The notes under the pieces were generated by a model. The model searched no databases. It was not told where the DNA came from and saw only the letters and a program-made list of their open reading frames with translations. Source: Candidatus Helarchaeota archaeon (GTDB lineage Archaea > Asgardarchaeota > Lokiarchaeia > Helarchaeales > RDOG01). Taken from it: a stretch of 64,000 nucleotides of DNA. Positions within the stretch are counted from its first letter, which is position 1; every line of letters begins with the position of its first letter. Positions 1 to 9,136 of the stretch are shown here, piece after piece. A program made the translations under genes and the position numbers. Location of the stretch: positions 137,669 through 201,668 of the forward strand of contig JAHPZH010000003.1 in assembly GCA_019058315.1 (NCBI GenBank), given 5' to 3'.

Positions 1-566
1 ATTAAAGCCATCCCTTTTCCCGTAAATGCAATAGGGAACATAAAAGTAATTATTGTTGCTGCTCCTGCTGCAGCAACATTAAAAAAGTTCATATACGCGG
101 AGACCTCTATCCGCTCATGTTCTTCTGTTAGTTCTGGCATCCAAGCTTGATAAGGAGTTAAAAGAAATCCATAGAAAAAATTAAAACTACTACTAAAAAT
201 AAGTAAATAGATAAATAATGAAAGATCATCCCCTGAAACAGTCATTCCAAATACTTTTACTATATTTAAATTAAAGATATGAGGGATAAAAAGCATAATA
301 AATGTAAATGCAAGACAAGGGGCTCCTACGAGTATAAATGGTTTCCGTCTGCCCCACCTCGATTTTATTTTATCAGAGATATATCCCATATGAAACCCAG
401 AATATGCAATTACTAATTTTGCAATAGCATTAGCTACTCCATTCAAAAATGGATTTAGAAGAAAGATTTCAAAATAGAGATAAAAACTAAGAAAACCAAC
501 TAATTGAAGTAAAATTGAAGAACCTAATCTGCCACTACCATAAATTATTTTATCTCTTTTCTTCAT
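1..566 (-). CDS. MFS transporter, glycoside-pentoside-hexuronide (GPH/MelB-like) family; 3' end truncated by window edge
   Basis: Manual translation from ATG at 566: MKKRDKIIYGSGRLGSSILLQLVGF...GYISDKIKSRWGRRKPFIL...PYQAWMPELTEEHERIEV. The GxxSD..SRWGRRKPF and P..A..PELT...ER motifs are typical of MFS_2. Absent from the ORF track because it has no stop in the window. Confidence 0.85.
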   Translation of the reverse strand, partial: MKKRDKIIYGSGRLGSSILLQLVGFLSFYLYFEIFLLNPFLNGVANAIAKLVIAYSGFHMGYISDKIKSRWGRRKPFILVGAPCLAFTFIMLFIPHIFNLNIVKVFGMTVSGDDLSLFIYLLIFSSSFNFFYGFLLTPYQAWMPELTEEHERIEVSAYMNFFNVAAAGAATIITFMFPIAFTGKGMAL

Positions 567-594
567 TTTTTTACCATCCTATATAATAAAAAAG

Positions 595-1455
595 TCAAAA
601 TTTTAAATCGGGATAGTTTTCCCTAATTAGTTTTACAGATTTTAAAGCATCTTTAAAAGTTAATTCAAAAACAAGGGGGCCTTTAAAACCTTCATCTCTG
701 AATAACCCAATCGCGTCCATGGGAAAACTGCCGTCCCCAATTGCAATATGGTCGTCAGGTCGTCCATCAACAATATGTCCATCATTTAAATGAATTTCTA
801 TAAGTCTATCCTTATGTTTTTCGAAGAATTCTTGAACAGAAAGCCCAGTATAGTCGTAGCCGCAAATTAGATGTCCTGTATCAAAACAAATAGAGAGATC
901 ATACTTATCGATAATTTTTCTCGTAGCTTCAAACGGAAATTCTATATTTTCAACCGCTATTTTCTTGGGATCTACATCTACGTTCTTTAAAATTTTTTCC
1001 ACACTTTCAGAAGCAAAACCGTTCATTACATGAGTAAGAGCACTTTTAAATTCAGGCGGAATTTTCTGTATTCGGGAAAATTCTGCAGCTAGGGACCCAG
1101 TTAGATGTAATACATATGCTACAGGATCTAGCATCTTCGTACGTTCTATACATTCCACCATACACTGAACTGAGGCATCCCTTATTCTAGCATTAGGACC
1201 TGCAAGCTCAGTTGACCATAAAGGTAGATGAACGGAATATGTTATTCCAGTATTATCTTGTTTAATTTTAAGTAATTTTTTTATTATTCTTTTCGAAAGC
1301 GACGTGGGAAGAACATATTCTAAGTCCATTGTAATTTCTAGATGTTTAAAACCAGCATTTATTGCTTTTTTTACAAGCAAAGGGAATTTAAGGTTCCTTA
1401 AATCTAGGTCTGCATCGATTACATCAAAATTTATTGGTGTAATTCCAAAAAACAA
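595..1455 (-). CDS. Xylose-isomerase-like TIM barrel / AP endonuclease 2 family protein (possibly CbiR-like phosphodiesterase)
   Basis: Metal-binding motifs SVHLP, VLH, VENI, CFDTGH, IHLND, DDH..IGDG, VFE. Confidence 0.75.
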   Translation of the reverse strand: MFFGITPINFDVIDADLDLRNLKFPLLVKKAINAGFKHLEITMDLEYVLPTSLSKRIIKKLLKIKQDNTGITYSVHLPLWSTELAGPNARIRDASVQCMVECIERTKMLDPVAYVLHLTGSLAAEFSRIQKIPPEFKSALTHVMNGFASESVEKILKNVDVDPKKIAVENIEFPFEATRKIIDKYDLSICFDTGHLICGYDYTGLSVQEFFEKHKDRLIEIHLNDGHIVDGRPDDHIAIGDGSFPMDAIGLFRDEGFKGPLVFELTFKDALKSVKLIRENYPDLKF

Positions 1456-1492
1456 AAAAAAAACTCCTTCAACACCATATTAAATTTCATTT

Positions 1493-2323
1493 TTATGAAG
1501 AATATGCCAAATTTTTACCTAAATGATAGAATAAGATACTTGTTAAAGGTATTCCTAAAAATAATGAGAAAAAAGTAGAGAAAAATTCGAATAATCTTTG
1601 AAAATCTACAACATATAAAGCAAATCCTAAAATAATAAAACAAGACATAGAAATTATAAAAATTCTTTTTTTCGTAGATTTGTCAATTTTTTCCTCTAGA
1701 AATGTATAATATTTATTAAAAAGTAGAGTTACATAACATAGTAATATGAAAACGAGAACTCCCATGTAGAAACCAAAAACTCGATAATCCTTTGATTCTA
1801 CTTGTAAAAAATCTCGCCAAGGAACGAGGTCATAGTTACTATCCCATCTTTGTGTATACCAACTCGTTTGAGTTCCGCACCATAAAAAATCGTGGAAGAA
1901 TGAACCTGCTAATCCTAACGCAATAAGTGAAATCAAAATAATAAATAAAAAACCTTGTTTAATATTTGTAGAATATTTCATATAAGCAGAAGTTCCAATA
2001 AATCCCAAGCCCATAGGTAAAAATATAAATGAAAACAATGAAAAAAAGAGAAAATAATTAATTTCATCCACTTGAGATGAAAATTTTAACCCTAATATAT
2101 GTGGATTGTAAAAGATTATTGATATCATTGCTATAATAACGATAGTGGTGCCACAATAAAGCAGAAAATTCTTCCAGAGTTTTTTATATGTTATGACTTT
2201 TTCATTATAATAAAAAACCAAAGATTTCCATTGAGGTAAAAATAAAGGCAGACATAATATACAACCCACTATTCCATAAATTAATAATACGTGATAACTT
2301 CCATCTAAAAACAATAAATACAC
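1493..2323 (-). CDS. Multi-pass membrane protein, unknown function
   Basis: About 7 hydrophobic segments; co-oriented and closely spaced with neighbours. Confidence 0.7.
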   Translation of the reverse strand: MYLLFLDGSYHVLLIYGIVGCILCLPLFLPQWKSLVFYYNEKVITYKKLWKNFLLYCGTTIVIIAMISIIFYNPHILGLKFSSQVDEINYFLFFSLFSFIFLPMGLGFIGTSAYMKYSTNIKQGFLFIILISLIALGLAGSFFHDFLWCGTQTSWYTQRWDSNYDLVPWRDFLQVESKDYRVFGFYMGVLVFILLCYVTLLFNKYYTFLEEKIDKSTKKRIFIISMSCFIILGFALYVVDFQRLFEFFSTFFSLFLGIPLTSILFYHLGKNLAYSS

Positions 2324-2324
2324 C

Positions 2325-3419
2325 TTATAGATCTACTAATTTCCTCGAGTTTGAAGATCTATAAGCTGCTTCTACAATTTCATGTGCTCTTAATCCTATT
2401 TCTAAACTTGGTTGAGGGAGGGTTTCCTCTATAAGAGATTTTATAAAAGCAAAATTTTCATAGGTATATATACCAGCCCCAGTTTTAAGCCTTGGAAGAT
2501 TTTTGGATTCAATATATAGATTATTTATTTCCCTATAACTTGATGATATTTCTATTTTTTTTCTTTTTATTTTTCCTTTTAACGATTTAAAGGAAGCACC
2601 GGTATATTTTTGCAAAATTATATTTCCATTTTCAAAATAAAGTTCAAGATGTCGAAAGTCTCTCCTAATTTTATGCCAAATGCTTGTTAAAACACCAGTT
2701 CCACCATTTTGAAATTCAAAATTTAGAATTGCAAGATCTTCTAACCCTGCTTGGGCTTCTGGTGAAACATATCTAATTTTTGAAAATAAATTCTTCATAG
2801 AACCAAAGAGAAATTCTAAAATATCAACATCATGTATTGAATGTTCGAATAAACATCCTGCATGTGCAACTGTCTTATCTTTTCTCCAATCAGAAACATG
2901 CGTAGAACCTGCAATTGGCCACTCTTGATCATCAATCATAATTGTAGTTAGTAATTTCCCTAATGCTTCTTTATTATCTTCAATATATCTTTTAATATAC
3001 CAAAAAATTGGACAAAATCTTAGTACTAAACCAACTTGAGCAAAGATATTATTCCTATCCCTCGCTTTAATCATTTCTTTGATGTCAGATAAAGTAAAAG
3101 CAAGTGGTTTTTCACAAAAAATATGTTTTCCCTTTTCTGCTGCGGAAAGAAAAAACTCCTTATGATATCTAGTCGGAGTTAAAATATAGACTACATTAAT
3201 TGAATCATCATTAATAATATCCATTGGATTTGAAGTTGTTTCCTTTGTTCCAGTTATATTACAAAATCTTTCAATGGCCTTTTGATCTATATCTGCTACT
3301 TTTTTTAAAGTTATAGAAGTATCCTTAAAAAATGGATTATTTATTAGACTCTTTACGGAAAGTCCGTGAGCAAGAGATATTAATCCAGTTCCAATAAAAC
3401 CAATGTTGAGTTCTTTCAA
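2325..3419 (-). CDS. Gfo/Idh/MocA family NAD(P)-dependent oxidoreductase
   Basis: IGFIGTG Rossmann start, GKHIFCEKP, HSIHDVD. Likely start is TTG at 3419 (ORF track extends to 3467). Confidence 0.9.
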   Translation of the reverse strand: MKELNIGFIGTGLISLAHGLSVKSLINNPFFKDTSITLKKVADIDQKAIERFCNITGTKETTSNPMDIINDDSINVVYILTPTRYHKEFFLSAAEKGKHIFCEKPLAFTLSDIKEMIKARDRNNIFAQVGLVLRFCPIFWYIKRYIEDNKEALGKLLTTIMIDDQEWPIAGSTHVSDWRKDKTVAHAGCLFEHSIHDVDILEFLFGSMKNLFSKIRYVSPEAQAGLEDLAILNFEFQNGGTGVLTSIWHKIRRDFRHLELYFENGNIILQKYTGASFKSLKGKIKRKKIEISSSYREINNLYIESKNLPRLKTGAGIYTYENFAFIKSLIEETLPQPSLEIGLRAHEIVEAAYRSSNSRKLVDL

Positions 3420-3591
3420 ATAATAGACCAACCATAATATTATAACTAATGTTATAAATTCAAACACATTATAAGATTTAATCCTTTTTATGCAAATTTA
3501 ATTTGGAATGTTATAAAAATTGCTAATTTCTATAAATTTAAATTGTTAGATTTTTTATATCATAAAATAGAATGTAGTTTGATGAAAATTA

Positions 3592-4440
3592 TTGAATATT
3601 GAAGATTTAATATTTTTGATTTTAATTTGGATAGGAAATTGGGATATAAGCGGAACAATAAATTGTTGGATAGGATTTTTAATTTTTGGTACTATAACTG
3701 GAACGCTTATTTTAATTGGATATATTATTAAAAATAAAGAAGCGAAATTTTTGCTAAATATGATGGCATCTGTCTTTTTATTAGTACCAAACATATTTGC
3801 ATTTAGTCTAGTGGCTCGAAATTATATATTTAATATTTATATTGCTTTAATCCTTTTTTTCTTATCCAATGGGTTTATAATTTATACTATAATCCAGGGT
3901 AAGAAGGTGTATAAAGAATTAATATTAGAAGGAAAAATATTTCCTTCTAGGTCACAAATTCAAAAATTATCTCGCAGTGATGTCTCTAACTTGGAATTAG
4001 CAAGTAGAATTTATGAACGGAAGGGTAGCTCTAATCCAAAAATTTATGAAAAAGTAAGACTAGGTGATGAATTTGAAATTCCATCTAAGCAGTTGATATG
4101 CTCTATTTGCGATTATAAAAACCCAAGTGATTCTAGAATATGTAGATCCTGTTATAGTAAATTTTTAACCTGTTTAATTTGTAATAAACCGATTAGTAAG
4201 GACGAAGAAATATTTTGTCCATATTGTAGTGCTCCTTATCATGAAAGAGAATTTCTTGAATGGTTAAAAATAAAAGCCCATTGTAAAAATTGTAAAAAAG
4301 ATTTAGATTTATGGGAATTTCAAAAATATTTGGAAGAACGCGAAAAAGATAATGAATTATATTCAAAATTATGTATAAAATGTAAAAAATTTATTCCAAT
4401 AGATGCAAATTTTTGTATTTATTGTGGAGAAAAAAAATAA
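3592..4440 (+). CDS. Membrane protein with C-terminal zinc ribbon, RING-like (C4H-E-C2) domain and zinc ribbon
   Basis: 3-4 N-terminal TM segments; CSIC..CRSC; CLIC-x11-CPYC-x4-H-x2-E..LEWLK..CKNC; CIKC..CIYC. Confidence 0.8.
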   Translation: MNIEDLIFLILIWIGNWDISGTINCWIGFLIFGTITGTLILIGYIIKNKEAKFLLNMMASVFLLVPNIFAFSLVARNYIFNIYIALILFFLSNGFIIYTIIQGKKVYKELILEGKIFPSRSQIQKLSRSDVSNLELASRIYERKGSSNPKIYEKVRLGDEFEIPSKQLICSICDYKNPSDSRICRSCYSKFLTCLICNKPISKDEEIFCPYCSAPYHEREFLEWLKIKAHCKNCKKDLDLWEFQKYLEEREKDNELYSKLCIKCKKFIPIDANFCIYCGEKK

Positions 4441-4471
4441 TTATGAATTAAAGAATAAGGAAATTTATTAT

Positions 4472-5257
4472 ATGCACGTATATACTCCAACAATTACTCA
4501 AGAAGCTTTACTCCAGACTATGATATTAATAATTGGCATTTTATCTATAGTAGGTTGTGTTAGATATTTAATCAGAAAGCAATCTTCAACGGGAAAGAAA
4601 ATTTTTGATATAATTTTATTATTTTGGTTATTAGGAGAAAATTTTCCAATAATAGGTTACTTTTATCAAGGAGGTATTTTGTTTCTATTTGCTCTTGGAT
4701 ATTTAACATTTTCTATTAGCATTTTATTGTATTTAATAATATTTAGAAAAAGAGTGTATCCAAAAAATGTTGATAAAATAATAGAATATTATGGAACACA
4801 AGGAAATGATCTAGATCATTTAACTTCTGCTGAAACCGGAGAATCATCAGAAGAAAAAATTCTTCCTAAGGTCAAATTAGGTAAAGGGTTTTATAAGCTC
4901 TATAAGTATACCATTTGTCCTGTTTGTAATAAGAAAAATTTACTTACTTCAAGCACATGTAAATACTGTTTAACTAAATTTGCACGATGTAATCTTTGTC
5001 AAAATTACATAGGAAAAGAAGATGTTGTTTATTGTCCTTCTTGTAAAGCCACGTATCACAAATTAGAATTTCTAGAATGGTTAAAAGTTAAAGCTTTTTG
5101 TGTCAGATGTAAGAAAGAATTAGATTTATGGGAATTTCAAAAATATTTGGAAGAAAATAAACAAGAAGGTCAATTACCTTCAAAATTCTGTATAAACTGC
5201 GGAAGATATATTCCAATAGATGCAAATTTTTGTATTTATTGTGGATTAAAATTTTAA
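4472..5257 (+). CDS. Paralogous membrane protein with zinc ribbon, RING-like domain and zinc ribbon
   Basis: 3 TM segments; CPVC..CKYC; CNLC-x11-CPSC-x4-H-x2-E..LEWLK..CVRC; CINC..CIYC. Likely start ATG 4472 (ORF track 4403 overlaps the upstream gene). Confidence 0.8.
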   Translation: MHVYTPTITQEALLQTMILIIGILSIVGCVRYLIRKQSSTGKKIFDIILLFWLLGENFPIIGYFYQGGILFLFALGYLTFSISILLYLIIFRKRVYPKNVDKIIEYYGTQGNDLDHLTSAETGESSEEKILPKVKLGKGFYKLYKYTICPVCNKKNLLTSSTCKYCLTKFARCNLCQNYIGKEDVVYCPSCKATYHKLEFLEWLKVKAFCVRCKKELDLWEFQKYLEENKQEGQLPSKFCINCGRYIPIDANFCIYCGLKF

Positions 5258-5272
5258 CAAGGTTTTTTTACG

Positions 5273-6871
5273 TTATTTTTTATGCTTTTTTATTTTCTTA
5301 GTTTTTTTAGTTTTAATAGAATTTTCAGTATCTTCTGCTTTAGTTGATCCCTCTAACATCCCAATAAAATTGTCAACTGCTTTTTTAGTAGTTATTAATT
5401 CATCACCTTCAATGACAAACCCAAACTGAACAGCCCAACTAAAAATAATTTTATCAAAGGATTCTTTTTCCATTCCTAATGCGTTTTTCATCATATCCAA
5501 TTTAACCCTTTTAGATACTTGAAGAATATTTTTCAATTGATTTATTCTATCTCTATATGCTTTAAAGGCCATTACTGTTTGTTCTTCTTTCCCAAAAATC
5601 ACGTTATTACCTTTTATTCGTCCTTCAATTGTTCCTCTTAATATCAAATTCTCGATTAAATCTCCAATTTCGTCTGCTTTATTTCCAGTCCTCTCGGCAA
5701 TTTCATCAAAGGAAATTTCGTCGAAGATTTGTGATATTTTCTTTATATCCTTGATAGTTTCTACTAAATGTTTTAATTTTTTATCTCTTAATTCTTTCCT
5801 ACGTTTTTCTTCAAATTTTATTTGCCGTTCTTCATCTATTTTACTTTGTTCTTCGGTTTCTAAAGATTTTATTTGCTCCTCTTCTAACCTTTCCCGAATA
5901 TCTTTTTCCATTTTTCTTTGAAATTCCTCTAATTTTAATTGCGATTCGATTTTTTCTTCAAGTTTTTTAACATCCCATATTTTTGCAGTACTATCCCATG
6001 AACCACTTATGATATATTTCCCATCGGGAGAGAAATTAACAGAGTAAACAAAACTATCATGTGCTAATAAAGTTGTTTTTAATTCTACAGTCTGAAATTC
6101 CCATAATTTTACAGTTCTATCCCAAGATCCACTCACGATATATTTTCCATCAGGAGAAAAAGCAACTGTCTGCACCTCGGCATCATGTCCTACAATAGTA
6201 AAAAGAAGTCTCCCAGAGATTAGATCCCATACTTTAATTGAATTATCTTGAGACCCACTAATAATGAATTTTCCATCAGGAGAAATATCAACAGATTCTA
6301 CATTTCCTTCATGTCCTTTAAGTGTGTTAAGAAGTTTTCCAGATTCAATCTCCCAAACCTTAATTTCATTTTCCCATGACCCGCTGATTATATATCTTCC
6401 ATTAGGAGTGATTGCAACTGAATTTACCGTGCCAACATCTTCTTCAATCGAAAGAATCAATTTTCCAGTCATTAAACCCCAAATTTTTATTGTTTTATCA
6501 TAAGATCCGCTAATAATAAAATTACCATTGGGAGAGATAGCAACTGAACGCACTTCATCTTTATGTTTTTTCAAAGAACGTATATGTTTCCCAGATTCTA
6601 ATTCCCATACTCTAACTGATGAATCTTCGGATCCACTAACTAGATATTTTCCATTTGGAGAGATCGCTAATGAAGTAACACAATCCCCGTGACCTTTAAG
6701 AGTGTGGATAAGTTCACCGGTTGTGCTATCCCAAATTTTAATGGTATTTTCCCCCGAGTGAGATTCTCGTTCTTTACCAGATCCACTAATAAAATATTTC
6801 CCATCAGGCGAAAATATTACTGCATTTACATGATCGGAATGCTCAATATGAATTTTTGATATTCTCTCCAT
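5273..6871 (-). CDS. WD40 beta-propeller protein with coiled coil and C-terminal PCI-like winged-helix domain(s)
   Basis: 7 GH..V.S...SPxG..I.SGS.D..IK.WD repeats; E/K/Q-rich coil; FDEISFDEIAERTG..IENLILRGTIEGRIKG. Confidence 0.85.
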   Translation of the reverse strand: MERISKIHIEHSDHVNAVIFSPDGKYFISGSGKERESHSGENTIKIWDSTTGELIHTLKGHGDCVTSLAISPNGKYLVSGSEDSSVRVWELESGKHIRSLKKHKDEVRSVAISPNGNFIISGSYDKTIKIWGLMTGKLILSIEEDVGTVNSVAITPNGRYIISGSWENEIKVWEIESGKLLNTLKGHEGNVESVDISPDGKFIISGSQDNSIKVWDLISGRLLFTIVGHDAEVQTVAFSPDGKYIVSGSWDRTVKLWEFQTVELKTTLLAHDSFVYSVNFSPDGKYIISGSWDSTAKIWDVKKLEEKIESQLKLEEFQRKMEKDIRERLEEEQIKSLETEEQSKIDEERQIKFEEKRRKELRDKKLKHLVETIKDIKKISQIFDEISFDEIAERTGNKADEIGDLIENLILRGTIEGRIKGNNVIFGKEEQTVMAFKAYRDRINQLKNILQVSKRVKLDMMKNALGMEKESFDKIIFSWAVQFGFVIEGDELITTKKAVDNFIGMLEGSTKAEDTENSIKTKKTKKIKKHKK

Positions 6872-7032
6872 GATTCCTAAATCTCGTAATTTTTATAGTT
6901 ATTAAAATATCATTATTTTGAATTTAAAAAGGTTTAATCATCAAATTTTTTTTTATAAATTAAAATGACTTCAGACATAAATTATTCACAAAAAATAATT
7001 TTTATATTAGAAATTTAAAGATTCTTGCCAAT

Positions 7033-7851
7033 CTATTTAATTAACTCATTTAATTTACAAAATTCCAAATCAATTTCTTCAAGCTTGTTTTTTACGTTAT
7101 TTTTTTGGTGAGAATTCATTCCTTTCCAATCTAATACGGCTAATTCGACTTTTTCCATGGTTCTTTCAATTGCTCTTTTAACCATTTGATCAATATTATC
7201 TAGTGCATACTTAGGTGCAATGTGAGAAGTAGCCACATCTGAATTGTAGATTAATCGGTTGAAATTGGGACAATAATGTGTCCCACCAAATCCTATAACA
7301 GTTTTATAACTATTTTTTGAAGATGCTACTTTCATAATTGCATTGGCTACTGCTTCTGCACCCACTTCATTCCTCCAATGCTCTTCATTACTGCCTAATT
7401 CAATAAAGACCAATGGTGTGGATAAATTGGTCGGCCCATGATGAGTAACTTCTAAACTTACTTCAAAATCAGATAAATCTAACTCTTCTTGTTGAATTTT
7501 TAATTCTAATAGTGCATCCTTAATAGCAAATGCAGGAGCTATTGCAAGTTGATGTGGATTCCCACCAAATAATGCCTCATTTGACCAATTTCCAGTAGAA
7601 TGAGTTAAAAGACTGGGGCGTTGTGATTCTGATTTATGTTTACTTCCAAAGATAAATAAATCAGTTTCAAATTTATCCAAATGATCGCAGAAAATTAACC
7701 TTTTATTTGTTATTATTAAATCAATATTTCTTATACGATATTTTGGATTGCCCTCGAATTTTCCATTTTCATTAAATTTATAATGCTTTAGAAGTTGACC
7801 TAATATGGTCTGACCTGCTAAATCTTGTTTTGAAATCACTATAGCTGGCAT
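7033..7851 (-). CDS. dtdA: Archaeal D-aminoacyl-tRNA deacylase (DTD2/GEK1 family)
   Basis: SKHKSES, LLTHSTGN, EVTHHGPT, FIELGS, GFGGTHY, LDWKG motifs. Confidence 0.92.
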   Translation of the reverse strand: MPAIVISKQDLAGQTILGQLLKHYKFNENGKFEGNPKYRIRNIDLIITNKRLIFCDHLDKFETDLFIFGSKHKSESQRPSLLTHSTGNWSNEALFGGNPHQLAIAPAFAIKDALLELKIQQEELDLSDFEVSLEVTHHGPTNLSTPLVFIELGSNEEHWRNEVGAEAVANAIMKVASSKNSYKTVIGFGGTHYCPNFNRLIYNSDVATSHIAPKYALDNIDQMVKRAIERTMEKVELAVLDWKGMNSHQKNNVKNKLEEIDLEFCKLNELIK

Positions 7852-7871
7852 GTCTAATCTTCAAAAATAAA

Positions 7872-8987
7872 TTATCTAAAAATTTCATTAATTAACGAAG
7901 GGGTTTCCTTTTCAAATTCCGAAATATTACCACAAAAATCCTGTAAAAGAGCATCAAAATGAACTTCAAATCTTTTACAAAATTCAGAAAGTGCTTGAGA
8001 TATTAAAGCAATTGGTTCCCCTTGTAATATTAAAGCTATCCGGACATATTTCCCATCTTCAATTTCTATTTCAAAATCATGATATGAAAGTTTTTTCATA
8101 GGAGTCTCCTTTTTTGTAATTTCTAATCCAAAACTTTGTATAGCGGTTAAAAATCCACCGATAAGATCTCCATCTAGTTCTTCATCAATAAAGCTATAAG
8201 CAGAAAGAACAACACCACTTGTTTTAAGAATTACCATTAAATGAGTTAAAATATTGGAGATATATTGTTTTTCGAATGACTTTAAATTCTCGTTGATTCT
8301 ATTACGACCCCAATCTATTTTTTTTACTATCTCTTTGCTACTATCCACAGTATTTGAATATAAATTTGCATTATTTTCAGCATAAGATAAAATTTGGTGA
8401 CTAAGCTTAATCATATTATATTGTAAATCTATCATTGTCCTTTTCGAACATGATTCTTGCTCTAAATCAATCAATTTTTGTTTAATTCGGTTTATAATAT
8501 CATAGTAGTCAGAATCAGGAAAATTCTTTTTAGCTTCACCGACAAGACTATCAAGAGAGGATAATACTTCATTTAAAGGATGAATTGAATCACAATATGA
8601 GTAAAAATCAAAAAGTGAGTTTATAAGATTAAAAGAATTATATATTTTACCACCAATTAAAGACATTAAAGATTGAAATGAAGATTTTTTAAGAGGTTGA
8701 TAACTCCCTTTAACTTCTAGTTTCTTAAATTTTGAAATTTTAATGGATGGAGCTTTTTCCTCTTTGATTTCAAATTCATTTATTGATTTTATTTTTAAAT
8801 CACTTCCATTATCAATTGATGAATTTGAAGATTTTTTTAATAATTCTGAATCAATTTCTTTTTCTACTTCAATTTTTAACCCCTTAAAATCCTTTATTTT
8901 CAATTTTCTGGTTTTTTCTTTGTTTTTTTCTACTTTAATGTCGAGACCTTTTATTTTTATACCTCGCTTTTTTTTTCTATCGGACGT
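7872..8987 (-). CDS. Protein with Lys-rich N-terminus and C-terminal longin-like domain
   Basis: C-terminal SGVVL..YSF....DGDLIGGFLTAIQSFG.E..F..RFE..F...L.DFCGNISEF pattern, typical of Asgard longin-like domains. The frame is open to 8999; ACG at 8987 follows GGAGGT. First canonical start is TTG 8903. Confidence 0.7.
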   Translation of the reverse strand, partial: TSDRKKKRGIKIKGLDIKVEKNKEKTRKLKIKDFKGLKIEVEKEIDSELLKKSSNSSIDNGSDLKIKSINEFEIKEEKAPSIKISKFKKLEVKGSYQPLKKSSFQSLMSLIGGKIYNSFNLINSLFDFYSYCDSIHPLNEVLSSLDSLVGEAKKNFPDSDYYDIINRIKQKLIDLEQESCSKRTMIDLQYNMIKLSHQILSYAENNANLYSNTVDSSKEIVKKIDWGRNRINENLKSFEKQYISNILTHLMVILKTSGVVLSAYSFIDEELDGDLIGGFLTAIQSFGLEITKKETPMKKLSYHDFEIEIEDGKYVRIALILQGEPIALISQALSEFCKRFEVHFDALLQDFCGNISEFEKETPSLINEIFR

Positions 8988-9136
8988 CCGGGTTACCTCC
9001 TAATTGTTTTATTATAATTATTCTAATAAAATATTTGTTTTAAATTAAATTTCAAATGGATTTAAATTAAAAAAAATTCAACTATACAATTAACTAGAAA
9101 TAATGATATTAGAAAATAGTAAAATTAGTCACAAAT

